Shown: positions 12,451 to 25,739, counted from the stretch's first letter. The stretch: 64,000 bases of DNA from Octopus vulgaris (GCA_951406725.2 OX597820.1:26164001-26228000); one strand, 5' to 3'. Notes: generated by a model from the sequence alone, not told the origin. A program made the numbers and translations.

Positions 12451-13653
12451 TGTGAAGTTAAAGTACTGGACTATTGAAAACTGTCATAAATATGAAACTT
12501 ACTACAGCTATTGTACTGTTTCCTTGAAATTACTTAATTTACAGGGAGATGTAGAATTCTGTGTCAACTGATTGGCAGACTTGGCTAGATTGTACCGTGC
12601 TTAAGAGGTCTGATGAGACAGAAACATGTCTATAAATACCCCTTGCCTACTAACAAAGAGAAAAATAAGCATGTAAATTAGCTTTGAGAGAAATAACTTC
12701 TTAATTTCCTTATCAATACCTTCTTTTCATTAGGTTTTTGTTTTCTTTCTCTGAAAGGGAGATTTCCACTAATTAAGAATTTTTTTGTGTACTGTTTAGT
12801 ACATCTCTCATTAACCCAATTACTCAAATTCATACCATTGACTCATTTGAGTTATTTCCCTTAGCTCATATTTCAAAAGCTAGATTAATATTTGTTTCAA
12901 TTTGCTTCACTGATGAAACATCATTCCTACTTCATGGTTGAGTATTCATTAGATATTAAAAAAAATACAATTATACAAAATGCTTTTCTTTGTAAACATC
13001 CCATTTATGCCAACAGAGAAAAACAGATGCAAAAATAACCGCTCTCTTCTCTTTTCTATAGACTTGAAACATGTAGATAAGTGCAGCTTTGATGATGCAA
13101 CTATTATCCTAAATTCACTCCTGACGTTTGGTAGTGTATCTATTTCCATAAAATATTCCGTTGTTTGAACAGAAGTGCAAGAGGTAGCTGATAGCAAATA
13201 AAACATATCTGGATGTATCAGCTATTTTACTTCTTCAGTTTCACCCCACTCAAGTGTGTGCAATCATGCAGGCGTGTTATTTGAAATTTTTATCATATTA
13301 AACATTCTATGCCTGGCTCTAGGAAAAGCATCGGACCATGAAACTACCATTCTAATTAACTGTGCTTGAGTGCACTAAATGTTACTACATCTGCTATATA
13401 TACTGAACTGCCCTTTTTCAGTACTTGGTGCATTTGGCATGAAGCCAAAAGTAGTTAGGTAGCCCCAACAGATCCTTGAAAGCAGAGCCAAATTGATATT
13501 AAAAAAAATTCAAATAGAATTAAGAGGGGGGAAGGAGTGAGTGTGAGAGAGAAAGAGAGAGAGAAAAGTGGGTGAATTTTTGTTATTTACAAAGCACATT
13601 TCACACAGATATGCTTCAAATAGTAATCTATGTATATGCAATTAACTGTCTGC

Positions 13654-13667
13654 CACACACACACACA

Positions 13668-13713
<46 letters not shown>
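13654..13713. repeat. compound (CA)n(CT)n microsatellite
   Basis: Directly visible. Confidence 0.95.
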
Positions 13714-13716
<3 letters not shown>

Positions 13717-14317
13717 TAAGTTGTAAGATTACTGAGGACTATAAGATCATACCTTACTACAGCATTGCACTGTGTCTCAAGGCAAAATATATTTATTACA
13801 TTATTCAAACATGATAAAAACAGGTGTCAGTTCTCCTCCATAATTTAATAGAAAGTTGCGTCTTGCAGAAAAAAAAGGGAAAAAAAAAAAACCCCAACAA
13901 TATGCAAATGTTCAATTTTTAGATATAAAACAGAAAAAACAACTCCCACTGCAAAACCTAGCCATGCAAACACAGGAGGGGTGGTTTTAGATTTTGTATA
14001 TGACATAAGTTGGTTGAGTATAAAACATTACTATACACTCAAACTCAATTTTATTTAGTTATTTTCTTAAATCGATTTACATCAATTTTTCCTTGCTTGC
14101 AAAAAAAGTTGGTGTGATTTGCAGTTGTGAAAGTTTGTATAAAATGGTGCATTGTTTATATATATATATATTTATCATTTATTTTTTTTTATTTTTTACT
14201 GTTGGATATTTTCTCTAACACCAACTTGCCAAGCTAGACTGAAGTAAATCAATGTAAAATCACAGCTAATTACTTGAAGCTGAATTTGAAAATATGATTT
14301 TGAAGTTTTCAGTCACT

Positions 14318-14700
14318 AGATGTGGCTGTCTGGTTATGGAGCTGACTTGGCAACCATGTGGTTTCAGGTTCAACACTACCCTGCTGCACCATGGGCAAGT
14401 AGTGTCTTTTACTATTGTTTCTGACTGACCACTGCCTTGTGAGTAGGTTTGGTAGATGTCAACTGTATAGTAATTGGCTGTGTGTGTATACACATGTGTC
14501 TCTAGGTCTGTGTTGTCCCTCACTACTGCTTGACACCAGGTGTTGGTTTGTTTACGTCCCTGTAACTTAGCCATTCAGCAAAAGATGAGCTGGAATAAAT
14601 ACTAGGCCCAGACTTAAAAATAAGTCTTCAAAACCACTTCAAGTGGTACTCCAGCATGGCTGCAGCCACGTGACTGATGTAAGTAAAAAATAAAGATAAA
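14318..14700 (+). mobile_element. SINE family A, tail type 1
   Basis: tgtggctgtctggtt...caggttcaac...tgggcaagt...tgtaacttagccattcagcaaaaga...ctccagcatggctgcagc...tgactgatgtaagtaaaa. Confidence 0.85.
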
Positions 14701-14749
14701 ACACATGCATGCATATTATTAATAGATGATGTGTTAACTGTTATAAATA

Positions 14750-14910
14750 GTTGTTTCGACCCTGGGTCAGTTTTATTTGAACAGAGCTTTTGATGAAAGG
14801 CATTTCAAATGTAACCATTCTCTCTCTTATTATTCAATATATCTTTCCAAGTAGGGTGTGATAGTTCCTATTTCTAGCAAGGCAAGAGATCATGTAGCCC
14901 CTCTCCTCTT
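14750..14910. mobile_element. short interspersed repeat family D (related copies near 2205, 16915, 58290-58510, 61245-61445)
   Basis: Recurrent block ttgttg(t)tcaaccc(c)aggtcag...tgat(c)aagcaga...tgatcaaagg in degenerate form. Confidence 0.55.
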
Positions 14911-16074
14911 GACATAGTAGTAGGATACGGTTTATTTGTACTTGGTGCTACTGTTTTTACTTCTCTGGGTGGTTATCGCATATACTATTGAATTACAAAT
15001 AAGTATGGTTGTTTTCTCCTTTTCTACAAGACAATTGTGCCCACTCAGAAATTTTCTACCTGTATTCTTCAAATATGTGAATGAGCATTTCCTCTATATT
15101 TTAAAATAATATCTACCAAATTTATTTTGCTTCATATTTTATGAGTAAACAGTTCTTAAAAAAAAGTTTACAATATCACTGTACATTTCTAACTTATTGT
15201 ATATATATATATATGTGTGTGTGTGTGCATGCGCTTCTATCTTTCAAACCTCACAGCAATATTATAACACCTGAGTTTGTTTTGTTGGAGATCAAGTTTC
15301 ACCCTTTTAGTTGTGTAATGGCTATGTATCTATACAAAACATTTCTATGTTGATTTCCATTTGCAGAATCTTGCCAGGATTTTATGGAGCTGGAGATGGG
15401 AAATAAATTTTAATTGCATGCAGAGAAGTGGTCTGTTTGTTGCTGCAAATGTATTAGAGTGTGTGTGTGTGTAAAGAGAGGGAGAGAGAAAGATATCCTT
15501 TGCATATTGCATGCAGCACTGCATAACTTATCTTTCTTCTTCCTTATAATATGTACTAGTGGAACTGTTATAAATTGCAAAGCTATTCAGTTTGGGAATC
15601 AATAGTGTTTGTTCCTTACTGTTATTCCTAGTTCTTTTATTAAAATCCAATTCCTTAGTTTGGTTAAATTCTTTAGTGTTTTGAAATCTTATAATGTTAG
15701 CTAATGGAAAAAATTTTTTTTTTATAGCAGAGAGAAAAAAATATCACTTAAAAATAATTTTTTTTTTAAAGCATTTCATTGGTTTTTGGAAGAGTAATTA
15801 CCTATTAAATTATGTAGTTGTATCCAGATTTTTGTATAATAAAGGGCTTAATATATGAGCCATGAGATTGCAAGCTATTCAATTCTATTGTTGTCAGCAG
15901 GTATCAATGCTGAAATTTTAGGCTGTAGCAGAAAGTGGCTTACCTGAATAGTAATACTGTTTTGTCTGCCACTAACTGATCATGACAGATTACTAAACTT
16001 ATGAATGTGTATAGCTTGTGTGTGTGTGTGTGTGTGTGTGTTGAACATTAAATTACTGGAGCACCAAATCTTTG

Positions 16075-16530
16075 AAAGAATTAACTGCTTTGGCTTCTGT
16101 AGTCTTGGGTTCAGTCTCGCTGCACAGCACCTTGGGCAAGTGTCTTCTACACTACAGCCCTGTGCTGACCAAAGCCTTGTGCTGTGTGGTTAAGAAGTTA
16201 GCTTCCCAATATGTGATCTTAGGTTCAGTCCCACTGCACGGCACCTTGGACATGTACCTTCTTTCTATTATAGTCTCTGGGCTAACCAGTGCCAGTTGGA
16301 AACTGAAAGAAACCCATTATGTGTATGTGTGTTCTCCACTACTGCTTGGCAACTAGTGTTGGTTTGTGTATGTCCCTATGACTTAGTAGTTCAGCAACAT
16401 AGACTGACAATAAGTACCAAGCTTTAAAAAAAAAAACCAAAGAAAAGTGCTGGAGTCTATTTGTTCAAGTAAACCCTTCAAGGCTGTACTCAGCATGTCT
16501 ACAGTTGAGTGACTGAAACAAATAAACAAC
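16075..16530 (+). mobile_element. SINE family A, tail type 1, with duplicated head
   Basis: ggttcagtc..ctgcac.gcaccttgg occurs twice (about 16108 and 16222), followed by the family body and tail (cagcatgtctacagttgagtgactgaaac). Confidence 0.85.
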
Positions 16531-18204
16531 AAAAAATAATCAAAAAATTATTTTTTCGTTATTACTACACAAGCATTTCACAGATAAATATGTAATAAAT
16601 TCATTTGATTTATCAATTTGATTGTCTTTGGTAACCAGTACTGATTTAGTGACTCACTAGTTGCTAATTTCTAATGTCTGAACTGACTCTTAAGGCATGG
16701 ACTATTATTTTTACCGTTCTTCAGCTTTGTTTTAAATTTCAGTGTTTTAGTGGGCGAACGAACAAGTTGCTTCAGATTGATTAGTAATAAAAGAAGCGGA
16801 GCTGTACTCTACTGATGTAATATACATTAGCAAAACAAGTCATTGCTCTTTTTATGCTGGTTTTATACACAAGGTAATGGCTGTAATTAGGAAGCTAACA
16901 GTAAGCCCAATAGTTTGTTGTTGTTCAACCCAGGTCAGCCTTGATGAAGTAAATCTATAATCAGAGCTTTTCTTCATGACCATCATCATATATACTAGCA
17001 TTAATTTTTTTTCTTTCTGAGCTCTATACACCTTAACTGTATGTGTGTGCAGGGCTGGGTTGTAGGGAGCTTGAGTAATAATCTGACCCACTCCATACAG
17101 CTCCTACATATATACTCAGCTAAAAGACAACACTCTATGTCAAAATCACTGTTCTTCCTTCTGCTGAGGATAAGCACAGATGCCCGTTCAACTACAAAAT
17201 GACAGTTTCGTTTATATCGTGAGAAATTTAACTTCTTTGTGCTTCAATGGCAACAACAAAACTGCAGATGTCAAGGCAGATTGTGCAACAAATCGTATGA
17301 AACATGCTCGAAATATTTCGTATGACCCAAGATAGTGATCTAGTTGTTAGATTTATTGATTATTGTATTTGCTACCTCCAAGTATTTTGGTCTGTCTGGG
17401 AATTAAAAAGAAAAAAAAAAAAATGGCTTGAGTTGCTTGGCCGCTCAAACCAAAATTTTTATGAGCCCCCACCCCTCTCCATAGATTGTTTATTGCAACA
17501 ATTTTTTGTATTAATTCATTGAGATGTTAAATTAAATTTTTGTTTAAAATTATGAAAGAGCACCAAATCTCTTTCTAAGATTTAGGCACACTTCTTTTCC
17601 TGTATGTAATTTTTTTTTTTTTTGTTTTTGTTATGACTGCAGTATTCTGAACATCAGTGACAATTGTTAATCAGTTTTCTACCCATAGGACATCAAATTA
17701 TTTAAAACCTCAGCTGATCTTTTGGCTCTCTTTCTGTTAATGACCACAGGAGATGTGGGAAAATATTGTCAGCTCTGCCCCCATTCACTTCCATTTTGAG
17801 ATTTTGCCAGACAAAAGTTATGCCATCTGGCATTCAGAATGTTTCATTTTGAATTTTCATTTGTGTCTTTCTCTCTTCTATTTTCATTTTGATGGCTTCT
17901 GCTCTCTGAACTCCATTTTCCATTTATGGCTACTGCATCCATCTTGCCATTTAAGTTGTCCTTTTTTTCCCCTTCTCAAATACTGTATTAGTTCATGTAC
18001 AATATGCCTTCTCAATTTGTAAAATTAAAGATTAAAGGTGTGCATTACACGCAACACAGTGTTATTCATTTTTTACTCCAAAGCAAATGTTGGGCATATT
18101 TAGAGCAGCATGATTCAATCTATTGCCTGAGCAATAATGATGAGTTTCAATCAATATGATTATGTTTTTCTATGCTTGTGATAATGCTATATATATATAC
18201 ATAT

Positions 18205-18320
18205 TTCCCTTCTTTCCTGAGCATCAATAATACTTTAATTGTTCCACGTCCTGCGTTGCTGTGTTTTTTTTCCCTTTTTTTTCTGTGTTTTCTTGTTTGG
18301 ATTAACTATATATATATATA
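18205..18320 (+). mobile_element. Penelope-like terminal fragment flanked by (TA)n
   Basis: tttcctgagcatcaataatac...gttccacgtcctg...attaactatatata resembles 3350-3443. Confidence 0.4.
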
Positions 18321-18697
18321 TTCATAGATAAGTTAGTGTTTTACTCAAAGGGCATAAAAAACATGCCAGCAACTTACCTACTAAACTTTACTCTGGACTT
18401 GAAATTCACAACACCCTCTTGCACACACACACACATCTACCCAGACCAGTAGCAAATGATTTTGTGTATAATAGGAAAGGTTGAATGTTGCACTCAACTA
18501 CACGGTCTGTAAACATAGATTGTTGATGTCACATGTGAAAGTAAACATGACAAACATATGCAGAAAAGCAAAAGCATCTGTGATGATATGCATGTTGCTT
18601 CACTGATATCTGTCTAAACATTTTGCCTGTACATGCACAGGATTGTTGACAGAAGTTTCAAAGAAATTTATTGCATTTCTGAAAGCAAAAGGTGGCT

Positions 18698-18955
18698 ATG
18701 AGCAATAAAGGTTACGAGGCTGGTTTTAAGTTAGATGTTATTGAGTATGCTGAAGAGTATGGAAATTGTAGTGCTGAGAGAAATTTTGTGTGTCAGAAAA
18801 ATTAGCGAGTGACTGGCGGAAACAAAAAGCACCACTTAAAATGCCAAAAACAAAGCTGTCTCTTCTATAAGAGAAATTGGGGAAAGATTTATATACTTGT
18901 GCATGTGAATTAACCACAAATGGACTTGTCACTCTCATGGCTATTAGAACAAAAT
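18698..18955 (+). pseudogene. pogo-family transposase N-terminal remnant (Brinker-type DNA-binding domain, POGK-like)
   Basis: MSNKGYEAGFKLDVIEYAEEYGNCSAERNF, frameshift, VSEKLASDWRKQK, later NGLVTLMAIRTK. Matches the Y.A.FKL.V.EYAE..GN..A.R.FGV.EK.VRDWRK pattern. Confidence 0.75.
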
Positions 18956-19574
18956 TTTTTAGACAGCTTGCTCCTGTCCATGGATAGCTGTAAGCTCTCC
19001 ATGGATATGGGTAAATATTATTTCACCTAAATGATCTGTTCATAAATGTTGTACACCATCCAACTCAAGGTGGGTGAAGATTCATGAACAGAAATGGGCT
19101 CACATTACATTAGTGAACCAGTTATGGTGATTTACTCATGGAGCGATTGTGTAGATATATGTTTAGTAAAGTTCGTTAAAATCAGTTTTCTAAATGTTTA
19201 TTTCATTCTCATGAATTTATATCATGATAGCTATTTATTCATTCTTATGAAATTATGCAAACTCATGAATTTGTATGAGCATGGCTTTTATGTATGTAAA
19301 ACAAATATAGGCAGTTCTTGATCAGCTAACTTTAAGGTGCTGCATAATTGTCAGCCAACCAGGAGTGGAAATTTACAGGCACTGAGTGGTCTCTTTGTTC
19401 TGGGCATAGAAATGTGTTGCTATGATATCTTTAATTCTGAACCTACTACACTCTATTGGTAATAATTGAAACTAAGCAAAATTGCAAACAGTACTTATAA
19501 AAAGCAACATGCAACTTATATATAGGACAAAGGTGTATGAATTGTCTACTAGTGTGATTCAAACATATGTATAT

Positions 19575-20213
19575 AGGCATGGCTGTGTTAAGAAGTTTGC
19601 TGCTGAACTACATGGTTCCATGTTCAGTCCCACCCTAAGGCACATTGGGTAAGTGTCTTCAACTATTGCCCATACCAATCAAAACTTTGCAAGTGAATTT
19701 GGTACATGGAAACTGAAATGAGTTGATTGAGTATGTGTGTTTGTACATTTGAGTTTGTGTCCCCTTAGTTTGACATTTCATATAGTTGTAAATAATTGTC
19801 ATTGTCATACCAGCAAGCAGTGGCATTCATCATCATCATCATGGTTTGGACGGTTCGACTGGGGTCTGGGAAGCCAGGAGGCTGCTCCAGTCTGATCTGG
19901 CAGTGTTTCTAAAGCTGGATGCCCTTCCCAATGCCAACCACTCCGTGAATGTAGTGGGTGCTTTTTACGTACCACCGGCACAGGTGCCAGGGGAGGCTGG
20001 TAGTGTCCACGATTGGTTGGTGCTTTTTACGTGCCACCGGCACAGAAGCCAGTCAAGGCGGCACTGGCATCGGCCCATGTTTGGCCATGGGTAACTATTA
20101 CCTTTCTTGGAAACAGGTGAGTGCTGGCTATAGGAAGAGCACGTAGCTGTTGAATATCTGCCTATTAAACTCTGTCCAATCCATGCAAGTATGGAAAAGT
20201 AGACATTAAAATG
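19575..20213 (+). mobile_element. SINE family A, tail type 2, interrupted by a family C element
   Basis: Family A head at 19575-19720; tail aggaagagcacgtagctg...ccatgcaagtatggaaaagtagacattaaaatg at 20130-20213. Confidence 0.8.
19828..20075 (-). mobile_element. SINE family C with (ATG)n tail, nested, relatively young
   Basis: (cat)n then ggtttggacggttcgact...gctggatgcccttcccaatgccaaccactcc...ttttacgtgccaccggcac. CpGs are retained. Confidence 0.85.
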
Positions 20214-21625
20214 AAATAAGAGGAAAAAAATAGTGCATATTAAAAGTCCATTTGTATTTCATATGTATGCTTACATGGGAGATTAAATCAAGTCTCCAAG
20301 CTAAATACAGCAAAATTTTGCTCATTGAATATGAATAAAAATCAGAAAATAAAATTTACATTGGTTAGCAATGAAATACAATTTTTATTTATTTACTTAT
20401 TTATTTAGATAGAAGTCGTACTCTACATTCTGTGTCAATACAGTGTATGTCCCCTGACATTTCTTATGAAAGACTTGATGAATTGGTTTAAATCTTAAAA
20501 AATTTATTTTTTTAATTTTCTGAATACTGAAAAAAGTTCATTTCAATGTAAGATACTGATTAAAAATTTTTTTTCTTTTTTTTGGAACCAAAAATCTAAA
20601 GCTATTTTTTTTTTTTTTTTTTAAAAAAAAGCACAATAAAATCACCGAGGGGAGGTTTTAAAAGATTCCTGTTTAAGCAATAAATATTTTGTTCTGTGAC
20701 AACATGACCATGAATGCTTCATTGTGCAAACTGAATGGTAAAATTGAGTATAAACTTAAAAGTACAATGTCAAAATCAGATTGATTACAAGAAAACTTGT
20801 TCATGTGATTTCTGTAATGTTGATTTTATAGTAGGTGCACTTTTATAGCTCACATTGGTAAAAGTTCAAAGGTCACTTCCAAATTTATTTTCATTTAGGA
20901 AGTGTGAACTTTTCGAGTGTATTTTATATTGCAATTATAATAAATCAGGCTAAACACTCCTTTGTTCCATGCACAATACTAAAGAAAAGTCAGTGTGTAT
21001 TGTACATCAGTTGTTTTTCTGGGACTTCATTGTCCATAATTAGGGTGTACATTATATTGTAATATAAGCCAATGAAATAAAGGAATTAAATTCCCTTTCA
21101 GCTCTTTATTAAAATAGGAGTTTGTACTGAAGTTAGTGGGGGACAGGGGAAAGGGTAGTTTAAAGTGGGTTATAAAGCCATTAGAATTAGAATTTTAACA
21201 GGTAATACATACAGGATTAAGGGAAGAAACCAAACTTTATTAAAAAGTACAATGTGTATTTGTTTTAATGCATTTGCTTTCTGTGGTGACTGTCATTAGC
21301 TTATCTAATTCACAGTTTTCACCAAAGCTCTGGGATAGAAGGTAGCATTACAGAATTATTTTTTCTCCTCTGTGAATGTGATGTTTGGAACTTTCATACC
21401 TTGCCTAAAAGAAATCACTATTGTGTGTTTATATTATTACTGTAACTCATAGTCAGAAAATTTACTGCGGATATCGAGTAAAGTTCTTGTGCAGTGTTAT
21501 ACATCACTCACTGTGGTTAGTTACTTTAGAATTTAGTATTCTATCCATTTCAGAATAGTATTATGGTGTTTGTGTAGAGAAAGGTCATAAAAACACACTG
21601 AGAATCCACTCCAGCTAAGTATTCC

Positions 21626-21627
<2 letters not shown>

Positions 21628-21665
<38 letters not shown>

Positions 21666-21696
21666 CGTGTGTGTGTGAGAGAGAGAGAGAGAGAGA
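21628..21696. repeat. (TG)n(GA)n microsatellite
   Basis: Directly visible. Confidence 0.95.
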
Positions 21697-22284
21697 TTTG
21701 GTAAATGGTAGATAAACACTTTTCATGAAGATTTAAAAGAAATCTTCATACTGTGTTCATTGTATTATGGGCAAAGCATAGTAAATTCTCCTCTAAAAGA
21801 AAAGACAATGTGAATCACAGACCATAACATAAATAGCAACTACTCATGACGTGACATTGATAAAAATCAAGATCCATTTAAATAAGAATTATTGAAATGA
21901 ATGCCTACTTAAAAAATAACAGCTGTAGAATGATATTTTATGTGCTCATTTAATTTCTTTGATGTTGATTGTGAAGTTCTTTGATGTGAGCCATATGTAC
22001 TGTACTTAACTGAATTATTTCTTCAAGAATCTATTTTCAGAGATGTTTTAAAAGATTTTGTGTGTTATAAATGTCATTCCTTTTACATGACTGTAATATT
22101 GGGAGTGCAAGATGATTGATTATCTTTATAACTTCACATTTTGATTGGCTAGATACTAGGTTAACTATTTTTAATAGCTGCTTGAGAACCTTAATATTAG
22201 TTGATAACTTGCCTTTGGCTAAACAAGGCAGGTAAAAAGAACCTTAACCCTCTCCCTCCTAAGTAAAATTCTATTTATAAAATT

Positions 22285-22686
22285 TGGCTCTGTGGTAAGA
22301 ATTTTGCTTCCCAGTTGCATGGTTCAGAGTTCAAGCCTAACTGCTTGGTACCTTCTACTATAGCCCTGAACCAATCAAAGTTTTGTCAGTGGATTTGGTA
22401 AATGGAAACTGAAAGAAGTCATAGCACCTTGGGCAAGTGTCTTCCACTGTAGCCTTGCACCAACCAAAGCCCAAAAGAAGCTCATTGTGTGTGTGTGTGT
22501 GTGTGTTTGTTTCACTACCTTTTGACAGCCAGTGTTGGTTTGTTTATGTCCTTGTAACTTAGCAATTTGTCCGTAAGATACTAATAGAATAAGTACCAGA
22601 CTAAAAAAAAAATAATCCTGGAGTCACTTCAAGATAATGCCCCACCATGGCCACAGCCCAGTGACTGAAACACATAAAAGGTAAAA
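22285..22686 (+). mobile_element. SINE family A, tail type 1, with internal duplication
   Basis: tggctctgtggtaaga...gagttcaa...; the ctactatagccc...ccaa.caaag block occurs twice; tail ccatggccacagcccagtgactgaaac. Confidence 0.85.
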
Positions 22687-25009
22687 GGGAAAAGGAGAGA
22701 GGAGTTAGTGCAAAATGAAATCCAAATGATTTGCACAAAAAACATCTTTCCTAATCCTGTTTTGTTGTTATAAATTTGATCTGTCCTTGAGAAAAGTTTT
22801 ATCTGGTTACTCTGTACACAACATTTATTATACCATTTCTATAAATAGATCAAGATTTCTGGAGCCATGGATGTTATTAAAACTATCTGAAATAGCCATT
22901 GACAAAGATTAAGTTCTTCTAAATGATACCTGTGTCAGTTAATCTATTTCTTTAAATACTGTTATCACTACCACTGTCACTGTCAATAGCTTTATAACAC
23001 TTGACATCATATCTGCATATAGGCTAGGATAGTTTAGTGTGATTCTGAAACTGAAGCATTTCAGAATTTTGCTTGTGAATCTAGATTTTTTTCTAACAGC
23101 CATATTAAAATGAAAGTATGTATATTCTAAAATCAATCTTTCCGGGTTAAAAATCCATTTATAGTCATTAGTTTTAGTTTTACTCAGTGTGAAACCTGTT
23201 AATCCATCTTCTATATGGATTATTATTTGAAAGGTCTGCCAAAGTCATTATCATCATCATCATCATCATCTAGAGCTTGGGCAACTTGGCGGTTACTAAT
23301 TCTACTCTTGAAGATTAACCCCCTCAACAAGGTACAAGCCCATCAGAAGAATTATGTCCCCAAGCTACTGCTCTTTATTTTCAGCAAAGTGGACTGGAGT
23401 AGTGTGAAATGACACAATGTGCTGCCCAGTCCAGGAATGAAAGTCATGACCTTAAGATTTTGAGCATAACATCCTAGTTACTATACTGTGCACCTTAACT
23501 AATGTGGACTTTGTGAGGATAAAAGACACATCAAAAACTGTAGGCATAAAGATGGTGTACAATTAGGTACATCAGTGTTATCCTATGTTCTCAGCATTTC
23601 TCCCAGTTAAGTTATTTTTAACTTCATTACAAAATCTACTTCAATTTCTGTCAGACTTGGTTTGGACAAATTATTTGAAATTTGTATTGATTGATGACTA
23701 TTCAGTTGAGATTTTTTCAACGATCCATTTGTAGGAATTTTGTTGTTGTTTTGGCAGTCGGCCTATACTAGCCTTTTTCACAGTCCTGCTGTGGCCAGAA
23801 GTAGTAGGAGTAGTAATAATGTTGCTGTTTATTTACTTATTCATTCTCAATGCCCATTATCTTATTGGTGCAGATTGTAAGTGTATACAAAGCATAGGTC
23901 TGCATCTATTAACTGTTGAATATATATATTCAGGTATAATGATTGTCTGTATATGGAAATTTACTTGTAGACAACCTTTTCTATTGGATATGATTATCTG
24001 CTAGTCTCGCTATGATAGCTTAAGCTTGTATGCATGTTTGTATGCATAAATGTGTAGATTTGTCGCAATACGAACAAGAGAATATTAAAACAGATTTTTA
24101 AAGAGAACTTTTATAATCAGTAATGTTTTTGCTGTTGCCAAAGATATTAAACTTATATATATATATATATGAAACCATATTACATCACATTTTCATAGCA
24201 TCACAGTCATCACTCTTGTGCATTACATCTGTATATAATACGTATGTGTAAAATTGTAGCCAATGAGTAGATTTCTTCAGTTCTTTAAGGTCAGAAAATA
24301 TTTCAGTTTTGTTTGATTCAACCCATGTATCTGAAACAATACTACTGTTACACATAGAACTAAGCTGCCCGCCCCAAAAAAGAAAAAAACAACAACTGGG
24401 AACCATCTAGCTAATTGTTAAAGATTTGTTCACCAACAAAGTACAACCAATAGCTTAGTTATTCTACAGTTCTCCTTGTCTTTTTTGTTGCTCCATCAGT
24501 AACTATCTCAGCTGAAGCCCACATGTTATACTTTCCTTTCTTTCATCTCAATTTTGTCACGTCTTGAAATATTTTGCTCTGTTTTTCTTCCAAGAATCGC
24601 AGTCTCCTGAAGGCATAATTTCCTACTTATGCTTTTACATACATATAGCAAAGAAGGAAAAATATTACATGAATATCTACTACAACATGGGAAGGTCTTT
24701 AAAGTTTAGGGAATGCTTCACCTGCTTAATAGAAATCAAAAAGCAAAAGAAGCCAGTTTGGTCAGTTTGCTGTGAAGTAGGTTATGTTGGTTTAAGTCTC
24801 ATACGATTAGGAGCAAATAATTTTCTTAGTAGCTGAAAATGATGTCAGGATTGTCCCATGAAATACTTATCACCTGTAAATGATTGCTATGATATCTAAA
24901 ACAAACAAAAACAGTAATGCTAAGATGCTAGATTGGAAACCCATAACTACCATATAATTCTCCACTCTTTCCTGTTAACTTTGTTGAAATGACTACATTT
25001 TTTAATTAA

Positions 25010-25222
25010 CCCTTTAAAATTCAAATTCTGTCAAAAGTAATGCTTATTTATTCACATTTTTTTCTATAAATCCTGCACTATCTTGTAACTTTGAGATTTT
25101 GATGTGGCAACTGCTTTTTATGGTGATAAAGTAGTGTTTCTTTAAGGGGTAGATTTAGCTAGTTTGAACACAAAACAAGTAGAATATTTTGGCTGGATAT
25201 GGCTGGATTAAATGCTAACGGG
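25010..25222. mobile_element. piggyBac-like MITE with TTAA target duplication
   Basis: ttaa|ccctttaaaatt...aatgctaacggg|ttaa. Reverse-orientation relative of 45238-45449. Confidence 0.8.
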
Positions 25223-25287
25223 TTAATTGTTAAACTATTGGGCACGAGCAAAGACAGCCTGTTCCAATTAGATTAACAGCATTTTAA

Positions 25288-25440
25288 CTTCTTTGATGAA
25301 GGGCCTGAGTCAGAAATGTTGGTATTTTTCTTTTCCTCGTGGTCACTATTTTTATTTTTACTTCTTTGCTTTTGGATTACTTGTTGCTGACGCAGTTCTG
25401 CACCAGACTCTTCTGGTTTTGAATTTTACGATGTTCTATA
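25288..25440 (+). mobile_element. possible Penelope-like terminal fragment
   Basis: ttgatgaagggcctgagtcagaaatgtt (TGATGA...GAAA motif) followed by a T-rich tail. Confidence 0.35.
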
Positions 25441-25739
25441 ATAATCCCTGGCACCATGCAGACCATGTAATTGTTTGTTGCCAAGAGAACTTTAAAAGAA
25501 ATGTAAAATACTTAGACCATTGTGTGTTTACATACATCTAGATAAAGCTCATTGTTTTGCTAGCATCAATCTAACTAGCTTATTATAAGTACCATTTACT
25601 TAATGGTTGGAAGGAAAGAAGGACAGCTGCACTAACAGTTTTACACTTTACCAAATTAACAAAAGTCATCCTATACTCAAATGGAAAAAAATAAAAAGAA
25701 AAAAAATCATTGGCATAAAGACACGAATTGTAAAGAAAT

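Noticed and set aside
15367-15450. Good-looking acceptor tttccatttgcag followed by a purine-rich stretch
   Set aside because: Two frames stop quickly, the third ends at a weak donor, and the peptide is not recognisable.
20704-20743. Possible micro first exon MTMNASLCKLN(G)|gtaaaa
   Set aside because: Weak donor; expected by chance in AT-rich DNA.
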